Source of the DNA: Spirochaetia bacterium
GTDB lineage: Bacteria; Spirochaetota; Spirochaetia; SZUA-6; Bin103
Direction: 5' to 3'
Assembly: GCA_965203905.1 (NCBI GenBank)
Contig: CBDBDQ010000005.1
Location: 2,944,001 to 3,008,000, forward strand
DNA length: 64,000 nucleotides
In this document: positions 56,687 to 64,000 of the stretch, piece by piece
Position numbering within the stretch: the first letter of the stretch is position 1
How the letters are laid out: the number at the start of each line of letters is the position of its first letter
Position numbers and translations under genes: made by a program
Notes under the pieces: model-generated
What the model was told of the DNA's origin: nothing
Seen by the model: only the letters and a program-made list of their open reading frames with translations
Databases searched by the model: none

Positions 56687-57684
56687 GTGTGAGCAACGAC
56701 GCCCTGCCGGTCGTCGGCCGCGGCGCCTTCCGCTATCGCCCCGATCCCGACTGGGGCCCGCTGCCGGTGGGGTGGAGCTACGTCGAGGTGGCTGGGGTCG
56801 CTACCGATTCGGCCGACAACGTCTACGTATTCAACCGCGGCGCGCACCCGGTGATCGTGTTCGACCGGGCGGGCCGGTTCCTGCGCTCGTGGGGCGAAGC
56901 CACCATCGTCCGGGCGCACGGCATCTACATCACGGCCGATGACCGGCTGTTCCTGACCGACGACCAGGACCACACCGTGACCGAGTACACCCTGCACGGA
57001 GAACGGGTGATGACCTTGGGCACCAGCGGCCGGCCCAGCGACACCGGAGTGGTCGGCATCGACTACCGTACCATCGAGCGGGCGGCGGGACCGTTCAACC
57101 TGCCCACCAACCTGGTGGCGGCCGGCGAGAGCCTCTACGTCACCGACGGCTACGGCAACGCGCGGGTGCACGTGTTCTCGGCGCGCGGCGAGCACCGGTT
57201 CTCCTGGGGCGGCCCGGGTGGCGGTACCGGCGAGTTCAACCTTCCGCACGGCCTGGACGTGGACCCTGAGGGCCGCGTCTACGTGGCGGACCGGGAGAAC
57301 AGCCGCATCCAGGTGTTCGCGCCGGACGGCACGTTCCTCGATCAGTGGCAGGACGTGGTGCGACCCACCGACCTGTTCATCCGCGCAGACGGCACCGTGT
57401 TCGTGGCCGAGGAGGGGGCCCGCTGCGGCCTGTTCCCGTGGATGCGCGCGGAACCGGATGCGGTCGGCGGCCGGCTCAGCATCTTCGCTCCGGACGGCGA
57501 GCTGCTGGCGCGCTGGGGCGGCGGCCTGGATCCCTGTGCGCCGGCGGACTTCTTTGCCCCGCACAGCGTGTGGCTGGACTCGCGGGGCGCGATCTACGTC
57601 GGCGAGGTGAACTGGTCGGCGGGCGGCAACGAGGGCATGATACCCCCGGACTGCCCGTGTCTGCGCCGCTACGTGCCGGTGTAG
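56683..57684 (+). CDS. NHL-repeat beta-propeller (peptidyl-alpha-hydroxyglycine alpha-amidating lyase-like)
   Basis: VYVFNRG.HP, AHGI, FNLPT, DGYGNARVH, FNLPH, ADRENSRIQ, PHSVWLDSRG.IY. Confidence 0.88.
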   Translation: MSVSNDALPVVGRGAFRYRPDPDWGPLPVGWSYVEVAGVATDSADNVYVFNRGAHPVIVFDRAGRFLRSWGEATIVRAHGIYITADDRLFLTDDQDHTVTEYTLHGERVMTLGTSGRPSDTGVVGIDYRTIERAAGPFNLPTNLVAAGESLYVTDGYGNARVHVFSARGEHRFSWGGPGGGTGEFNLPHGLDVDPEGRVYVADRENSRIQVFAPDGTFLDQWQDVVRPTDLFIRADGTVFVAEEGARCGLFPWMRAEPDAVGGRLSIFAPDGELLARWGGGLDPCAPADFFAPHSVWLDSRGAIYVGEVNWSAGGNEGMIPPDCPCLRRYVPV

Positions 57685-57707
57685 CCGCCGGCGGTCGAGG
57701 AGGAACC

Positions 57708-58088
57708 ATGCGCGAGATTCTCGGTGAGGCGCCGGGCAAGCCCTACAGCAGGGGCACCCGTTGCGGCAACCTGGTGTTCGTCTCCGGCCAGTTGGGCTGG
57801 GACGCGAACGACGACCCGGTACCCGGCGGCGCCGGTCCCCAGACCCGGCAGTGCCTGGAGTACGTGAAGGAGGTGTTGGCCCTGGCCGGCGCGTCGCTCG
57901 ACGACGTGACCATGGTGAACGTCTACCTGCACGACCTGGACCGCGACTACGATGCGATGAACGCGGTCTACCGCGAGTACTTCGGCACCGAGCGGCTGCC
58001 TGCACGCGCCACCGTCGGCGTGTCGCGCCTGGCCAAGGGGCTGCTGGTGGAGATTTCCTGCATCGCGGTCCTCGGTTTACCGGCGTAG
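57708..58088 (+). CDS. RidA/YjgF family protein
   Basis: RBS GAGGAGG; PYS, VFVSGQ, MNAVYREYF, PARATVGV, VEI. Confidence 0.92.
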   Translation: MREILGEAPGKPYSRGTRCGNLVFVSGQLGWDANDDPVPGGAGPQTRQCLEYVKEVLALAGASLDDVTMVNVYLHDLDRDYDAMNAVYREYFGTERLPARATVGVSRLAKGLLVEISCIAVLGLPA

Positions 58089-58153
58089 TCGAGGCTCAGC
58101 GGCGACCCGGCACAGCGCAGTCAACCTCATGTCCAAGTGCACGATTCCTGGAG

Positions 58154-58567
58154 ATGCCGAACGATGGCACCCGCCGGCACAAGTTGCGGCTCGGTAGTCT
58201 CTGGATCGCCCTGGAGCCGGTAGACCTGGGCAACGGGTGCCTGCACGTGGTCCCGGGCAGTCACAACGGGGAGGTCATTGAGCACCTGCAATACGCCGAT
58301 GGGGTCCACCCGGAGATACCGCGCGAGCTGGCCGAGGACGCACCTGCCGTTGCGGTGCCCCTGAATCCTGGCGACGCAGTGTTCTGGCATCCCAGGCTGT
58401 GGCACATGAGCCCGCCGAATCCGTCCGCACGGACTCGCTGGGGCGGTGTGATCGTGACCCTGCCCGACGAGGTGGCCGCGGCAGCCCGGCTGACGGACCG
58501 GCCGTTTCTGCTCAGGGACGGACAGGTGTGCGACCATCCACGGCGTGGGCGGGTGCTCGCGTTTTGA
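58154..58567 (+). pseudogene. C-terminal fragment of a PhyH dioxygenase
   Basis: WIALE..NGCLHVVPGSH..PGDAVFWH..WHMSPPN..R present; HxD motif and N-terminus absent. Confidence 0.78.
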
Positions 58568-58623
58568 CGATGACGGAGGTTCCGGCGAGAATGGCCGCGA
58601 AACCCTGAATCCGGAGGAACCAG

Positions 58624-60630
58624 ATGAAGGCCCATCCCATCATGATTACCGGTTTACTGCTGTTTGCAGCGGGGGCGGCTTTCGCCGCGGGTGCGGAAGA
58701 GAGCGCCGCCGGACAGACCCCGGCCGGGATGGAGACCGGCGAGCTGATCGTCTACAACACGCCGGCGGACTACCAGGCCGCGACCGGACAGCAGCTCTCC
58801 GCCTTCAACGAGGCGCCGGCGCTGGCGGCCATGGTGGCGGCCGGCTCGCTGCCCCCGGTAGCGGAGCGCCTGCCTGACGAACCGATGGTGATCCAGCCGC
58901 TGGAGCGCATCGGCTCCTACGGAGGCATCTTCCAGACCGGCACCATCGGTCCGGAGATCGGCGGCTTTCCCGCCGAATCGCTACGCTGGGAGAACATCAT
59001 CCAGGTGGCGTCCGACACCACCACGCTGATCCCCAACATCGTCAAGGGGTGGGAATTCAACGACGATCTGAGCGCCATCACCTTCACCCTGCGTGCCGGC
59101 ATGAGGTGGAGCGACGGCGCGCCGTTCTCCGCGGACGACTTCCTGTTCTGGTACCAGGAGGTGATCCTCAATGACGAGCTTACGCCGGCCAAGCCGCGGG
59201 TGCTGGCCCCCGGCGGCAACCTGTTCACGGTAACCAGGCTGGACGACCTAACCGTGCGCTGGGAGTTCCCGACGCCGTACCCGGCCGTGCTCAGCATCGT
59301 GGCGGCGCGCAATGCGTTCAGCGGCCCGATCTCCGGGCCCTACGCGCCGCGCCACTACCTGGAGCAGTTCCACGCCGGCTACAACGCCAACGCGGACAGC
59401 GACGCCAAGGCCGCGGGCTACGACAGTTGGAGCGCCCGCTTCGCGTTCATCCAGAACTACGAGGCCGCCCTCAACACGCCGGAGCTGCCGCTCGTACACC
59501 CCTGGACCCTGAGCGAGGTGGACGATTTCGGCAACAAGCACTACCTGCGCAACCCCTACTACTGGAAGGTGGACAGCGCCGGCGACCAGCTCCCCTACGC
59601 GGACGGCATCACCAAGCTGCTGTTCGAGAACCGCGAGGTGCTGGACCTGAAGATCGTCTCCGGGGAGATCGACATCGCCTCGCGCAACCTGCCGGTGGCC
59701 AATTACACCCTGTACAAGAACGGCGAGCAGGAGGGCGACTACCGGGTGATCCTGGGCGACGGCGTGCGCGGCTCGGCCTGCGCGGTGCAGCTCAACCAGA
59801 CGGTGATGGATCCGGTCAAGCGCGAGGTGTTCCAGAACGAGCAGTTCAAGCAGGCGATGTCGCTGGCCATCGACCGGCAGGAGATGAACGACCTGCTGTT
59901 CTTCGGCCGCGGCACGCCGCGCCAGACCACCACCATTCCCAGCACCAGCTTCTACGAGGACTGGATGGGCGAGTACTTCGCCGATTTCGACCTGGAGCGC
60001 GCCAACCGGATGCTCGACGAGATCGGCCTGGCGGAGCGGGACGGCGACGGCTACCGGCTGCTCCCGGACGGACGTACCTTCACGATCCTGGTCGAGACCG
60101 GGCCGTGGGAGAACTATCCCAAGATCGCCGAGATGATCGCCGGTTACTGGAACGAGGCCGGCATCAAGGCCACGGCCAAGACCATCGCCGCCGGCCTGGC
60201 GGGGCAGAAGGTGCGTGCCAACGAGTCGGAGGCGCAGCTCCAGGGGTTCGCCAACGTGTCCGAGCTGCAGATCCACGGCAACGCCAGCCGCTTCACGCCG
60301 CCCTGGATACGCAACGCCCGGCCGTGGGCGAACTGGATCGCCACCGGCGGCGAATCCGGCGAGGAGCCGCCGCCCGTGGTCAAGCAGATCGTGGCGACGG
60401 CGGATGCGTTCCGCGCCACGGTTCCGGGGAGCGACGAGTATATGCGCCTCGGCCGGGAGCTGCTGGACATGAACGTCAGGGGCCTGTACGCGATCGGTAC
60501 CGTGGGACTGGAGCCGATGCCGGTGGTGATCAAGAACCACGTGCGCAACGTGCCCTCCGGCGGCATCATCGCCTGGGACTACTACTTCTGGACGCCGTAC
60601 CAGGCCAGCACGTTCTTCATCGAGAAGTAG
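58624..60630 (+). CDS. ABC substrate-binding protein, family 5
   Basis: FNEAPAL..GSLPPVAERLP, RWSDGAPFSADD, RNPYYWKVD..GDQLPY. Confidence 0.92.
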   Translation: MKAHPIMITGLLLFAAGAAFAAGAEESAAGQTPAGMETGELIVYNTPADYQAATGQQLSAFNEAPALAAMVAAGSLPPVAERLPDEPMVIQPLERIGSYGGIFQTGTIGPEIGGFPAESLRWENIIQVASDTTTLIPNIVKGWEFNDDLSAITFTLRAGMRWSDGAPFSADDFLFWYQEVILNDELTPAKPRVLAPGGNLFTVTRLDDLTVRWEFPTPYPAVLSIVAARNAFSGPISGPYAPRHYLEQFHAGYNANADSDAKAAGYDSWSARFAFIQNYEAALNTPELPLVHPWTLSEVDDFGNKHYLRNPYYWKVDSAGDQLPYADGITKLLFENREVLDLKIVSGEIDIASRNLPVANYTLYKNGEQEGDYRVILGDGVRGSACAVQLNQTVMDPVKREVFQNEQFKQAMSLAIDRQEMNDLLFFGRGTPRQTTTIPSTSFYEDWMGEYFADFDLERANRMLDEIGLAERDGDGYRLLPDGRTFTILVETGPWENYPKIAEMIAGYWNEAGIKATAKTIAAGLAGQKVRANESEAQLQGFANVSELQIHGNASRFTPPWIRNARPWANWIATGGESGEEPPPVVKQIVATADAFRATVPGSDEYMRLGRELLDMNVRGLYAIGTVGLEPMPVVIKNHVRNVPSGGIIAWDYYFWTPYQASTFFIEK

Positions 60631-60652
60631 CCCTCACACGGCGGACGGCCGC

Positions 60653-61636
60653 ATGACCGCGTTCGTCGTCCGCCGCGTGGTCTACATGGCGGTGGTGGTG
60701 GTGCTGCTGTCGCTGGTCTCGTTCCTGGTGATCCAGTTGCCGCCCGGCGACTACCTGACCACCTACATCGAGCAGCTGATGAGCAGCGGCGCGGTGGTGG
60801 ACGAGGCCGAGGTGGCGGCATTGCGCGATACCTACGGGCTGAATCTGTCTGCGTTCGGCCAGTACCTGCGCTGGCTGCGCGGCTTCGTGCGCGGCAACTT
60901 CGGCATGTCGTTCCAATGGAACCGGCCGGTGGCCGAGCTGGTCGCCAACCGGCTGCTGCTGACCGTGCTCATGTCGACGGTCACGTTGCTGTTCACCTAC
61001 GCGCTGGCGATTCCGATCGGCATCTATGCCGCCACCCACCGCTACTCGCTCGGCGACTACGCGGTCACCACGGTCGGCTTCATCGGCCTGGCCACGCCCA
61101 ACTTCCTGCTGGCGCTGATCCTGATGTTCCTGTTCTTCAAGCTGTTCGGGCTCTCGGTGGGGGGCCTGTTCTCGCCGCAGTATCTGAACGCACCGTGGAG
61201 CGTGGGGCGGGTGCTCGACCTGCTGTCGCATCTGCCCATCCCGGTGATCGTGATCGGCACCGCCGGCACCGCCGGGCTGATCCGCATCATGCGCGCCAGC
61301 CTGCTCGACGAGCTGGCCAGGCAATACGTGATCACGGCCCGCGCCAAAGGGGCGCGGGAACTCGTGCTGCTGTTCCGCTACCCGGTGCGGGTGGCGATCA
61401 ACCCGATCGTGAGCACGGTCGGCTGGGTGCTGCCCAACATCGTCTCCGGCGCCACCATCGTGTCGCTGGTGCTGAGCCTGCCCACCACCGGGCCGCTGCT
61501 GTTCCAGGCGCTGCTGAGCCAGGACATGTTCCTGTCCGCCACCATCCTGATGCTGCTGTCGGTGCTCACCGTGGTCGGGACATTCCTCTCCGACGTGCTG
61601 TTGGCGGTGCTGGACCCGCGTATCCGGGTGAGCTGA
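60653..61636 (+). CDS. DppB-like ABC permease
   Basis: IQLPPGD, GNFGMS, YVITARAKG, DPRIR. Confidence 0.93.
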   Translation: MTAFVVRRVVYMAVVVVLLSLVSFLVIQLPPGDYLTTYIEQLMSSGAVVDEAEVAALRDTYGLNLSAFGQYLRWLRGFVRGNFGMSFQWNRPVAELVANRLLLTVLMSTVTLLFTYALAIPIGIYAATHRYSLGDYAVTTVGFIGLATPNFLLALILMFLFFKLFGLSVGGLFSPQYLNAPWSVGRVLDLLSHLPIPVIVIGTAGTAGLIRIMRASLLDELARQYVITARAKGARELVLLFRYPVRVAINPIVSTVGWVLPNIVSGATIVSLVLSLPTTGPLLFQALLSQDMFLSATILMLLSVLTVVGTFLSDVLLAVLDPRIRVS

Positions 61637-61640
61637 GCCG

Positions 61641-62879
61641 ATGGCACGAGGCGACCGGAGACGTTCCGCCGGGCACGAGCCGTTCGTGGTAACGGAAGTT
61701 CCGCTCCGGGCGGCGCCGGCCGCTGAGGCGCGGCGTGGCGAGGTGGCGGACGGTGCCGCCCGCGCGGGCGCCGGTGCGCAGCGGGAGGAGCGCGAGGAGC
61801 GCTACTACCTGGCCTCCCAGTGGCAGCTCATGTGGCGCAAGTTCCGCCGCCACCGGCTGGCGATCGTCGGTGGGGTGACCGTTGCCCTGTTCTACGCAGC
61901 CGGCATCTGCGCCGGCTTCCTGTCGCCCCACGATCCGCAGCAGCGGTTCGCCAAGCTCAAGGACCACCCCCCGATGCGGCTGCGCTTCGTCGACGCCGAC
62001 GGCCGCCTGCACCTGCGTCCGTTCGTGTACCGCATCGACACCGGCCAGGATCCCGATACCTGGGAGCCGATCTTCGTCGAGGATACCTCGACCCGCTTCC
62101 CGGTACGCTGGTTCAGCCACGGCTGGGAGTACCGCTTCTGGGGCCTGTTTCCCAGCCGGTTGCACCTGTTCACGGTCGAGCCGCCAGCCGCCCTGTTCCT
62201 GCTCGGCAGCGATACGCTCGGCCGCGACCTGTTCTCCCGCAACCTGCACGCCGCCCGGCTGTCGCTGTCGGTGGGGCTGATCGGGGTGGCCATGAGCTTC
62301 GTGCTCGGCTGCATCGTGGGCGGACTGGCCGGCTTCTACGGCGGCACCGTCGACCTGCTGGTGCAGCGGCTGATCGAGTTTCTCATCGCCATCCCCAAGA
62401 TCCCGCTGTGGCTGGCGCTGGCGGCGGCGCTGCCGGCCGAGTGGCCGGTGGTGCGGGTCTACTTCGGTATCACCATCGTGCTGTCGCTGGTAGGCTGGAC
62501 CACCCTGGCGCGGGTGGTGCGCGGCAAGCTGCTGCAGGTGCGCGAGGAGGACTTCACGATGGCGGCCAAGGTGGCGGGCGCCTCCGATGGCCTGATCATC
62601 GTGCGCCATCTGCTGCCGAGCTTCATCAGCTACCTGATCGTCAACATCACCCTGGAGGTGCCGCAGATGATCCTCGGGGAGACTGCCCTGAGCTTCCTGG
62701 GGGTGGGCCTGCGGGAGCCGGCGATCAGTTGGGGCGTCCTGTTGCAGGATGCCCAGAACGTGCGCACCATCTCGCTGCATCCGTGGCTGCTGCTGCCGGC
62801 GCTGTTCGTGGTGGTGCTGGTGCTGGCGTTCAACTTCGTCGGTGACGGGCTGCGCGACGCCGCCGACCCGTATACCTGA
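61641..62879 (+). CDS. DppC-like ABC permease
   Basis: LGSDTLGRD, ARVVRG, GETALSFLG, GDGLRDAADPY. Confidence 0.93.
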   Translation: MARGDRRRSAGHEPFVVTEVPLRAAPAAEARRGEVADGAARAGAGAQREEREERYYLASQWQLMWRKFRRHRLAIVGGVTVALFYAAGICAGFLSPHDPQQRFAKLKDHPPMRLRFVDADGRLHLRPFVYRIDTGQDPDTWEPIFVEDTSTRFPVRWFSHGWEYRFWGLFPSRLHLFTVEPPAALFLLGSDTLGRDLFSRNLHAARLSLSVGLIGVAMSFVLGCIVGGLAGFYGGTVDLLVQRLIEFLIAIPKIPLWLALAAALPAEWPVVRVYFGITIVLSLVGWTTLARVVRGKLLQVREEDFTMAAKVAGASDGLIIVRHLLPSFISYLIVNITLEVPQMILGETALSFLGVGLREPAISWGVLLQDAQNVRTISLHPWLLLPALFVVVLVLAFNFVGDGLRDAADPYT

Positions 62880-62905
62880 GCCGGGCACGAGAGGAGGATG
62901 ACATC

Positions 62906-64000
62906 GTGAGCAGACGCAAGTGGTTCGAGGAGCGCAAGCGAGTCTATCTGCTCGACTTCCAAATGCCCGATTCGGCCGACCAGATGCCGATCGGCCAGCC
63001 GGTCAACATGCGCGCCGCGGACCCGGCCGACATCGTGCGGCGGCTGCACCGCGCCGGGGTCCAGGCGCTGTACGTGCACGCCAAGGACAACCAGGGCAAC
63101 TGCTACTACGACACGCAGTACGGTCACAAGCATAGCGGGATCGGCGGGCGTGACCTGATGCGCGAGTTTTCCGCCGCCTGCCGCGAGCTGGACATCACGC
63201 CGCTGTACTACGTGCAGACCTCGCGCGAACGGCGCGGCGGCCTGGTGGCGTCCTACGCGGCGCGCAACGCCGACGGCAGCCCGGTGGTGCACACCAGCGC
63301 CGCGCCGCTGCTGCCGGCGCGCGGCGAGGGACCGGTGATCTGCCTGCTGGGACCGGCGCGGGAGTACATCAAGAACATCGTGCGCGAGCTGGCGCAGAAT
63401 TACGACTTCGACGGCTACTGGCTGGATGGCTACGGCTGGTTCGGGCGCACCATGATCTGCTACTGCGACACCTGCCGCGAGCGCTACCGCGAGGACTGTG
63501 GCCGGGAGCTGCCGCCGGCGGTGGACAAGGGCGACGAGGGGTTTCGCCGCTACTACCACTGGCGCCAGACCATGAACCGGCGCGCGCTGCACGAGATCAT
63601 CGCCACCATCCGCGCGGTCGACCCGGAGCTGACCGTGACCCACAATGGCAGCGGCTTCCAGGTCTACGCCGATGCCCACATCAACGACTGCGACGACTAC
63701 GTGAGCCGCGAGTTCCACTACCAGGAGGGCTACGGCGGGCTGGCGCTGTGGTGCCGCATGCAGGACGCCTTCACCCCCGACCGCCCCTACGAGCTGGAGA
63801 GCTGGCGCTTCTTCAGCACCGCTGCCGGCGGCACCGGCGACCGCGGGGTGCACATGGTGCGCGGCTACCAGGTCAAGCCGGTGCCGATGCTGTTCACGGA
63901 GATGGCGACCATCACCGCCAACGGCGGCTTCGTGCAGTACTACGACCAGTGCCGCCCGGACGGCGCGCTGGATCAGCTCTCGCTGGACCGGATGCAGGGG
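62906..64000 (+). CDS. GHL6/GH29-like TIM-barrel glycoside hydrolase (partial; missing from the ORF track)
   Basis: GTG after GAGGAGG; manual translation gives LLDFQMPD..YVHAKDNQGNCYYDT..H..GRDLMREF..YDFDGYWLDG..CYCDTC; open to the window end. Confidence 0.78.
   Translation, partial: MSRRKWFEERKRVYLLDFQMPDSADQMPIGQPVNMRAADPADIVRRLHRAGVQALYVHAKDNQGNCYYDTQYGHKHSGIGGRDLMREFSAACRELDITPLYYVQTSRERRGGLVASYAARNADGSPVVHTSAAPLLPARGEGPVICLLGPAREYIKNIVRELAQNYDFDGYWLDGYGWFGRTMICYCDTCRERYREDCGRELPPAVDKGDEGFRRYYHWRQTMNRRALHEIIATIRAVDPELTVTHNGSGFQVYADAHINDCDDYVSREFHYQEGYGGLALWCRMQDAFTPDRPYELESWRFFSTAAGGTGDRGVHMVRGYQVKPVPMLFTEMATITANGGFVQYYDQCRPDGALDQLSLDRMQG

Overview
High-GC bacterial window dominated by carbohydrate and small-molecule catabolism. 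It has six solute-binding-protein loci (three CUT1 sugar ABC operons, one orphan SBP, two Dpp/Opp-type operons; no ABC ATPase gene anywhere), GH42-, GH106-, GH38- and GHL6-like glycosidases, four PhyH-type dioxygenase genes (one a fragment), several oxidoreductases, cobO and a non-canonical IlvC homologue. The SBP leader style (..FAGxxEE..) suggests a spirochaete, possibly host-associated; this is inference only. Accessory content: a cytoplasmic GAF-PAS-kinase-REC-wHTH fusion, a broken Rpn/YhgA gene with an intact internal RpnS-like start, hicBA plus a hicBA scar, and a DUF222-like HNH protein. The most striking element is a lower-GC Menshen-like defence operon (DUF262, AAA/DUF3696, putative RelE-like effector) with an IS1-family remnant, bracketed by ~1.15 kb diverged direct repeats that each carry an intact homocysteine S-methyltransferase paralogue. 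Other candidates for new biology are two uncharacterised exported proteins translationally coupled to a sugar ABC operon, a GH42 apparently lacking its acid/base Glu, and the IlvC-like/NHL/RidA operon. Many pseudogene fragments are present. No rRNA, tRNA or CRISPR array was recognised. All family calls come from motif recognition by eye, not database searches.
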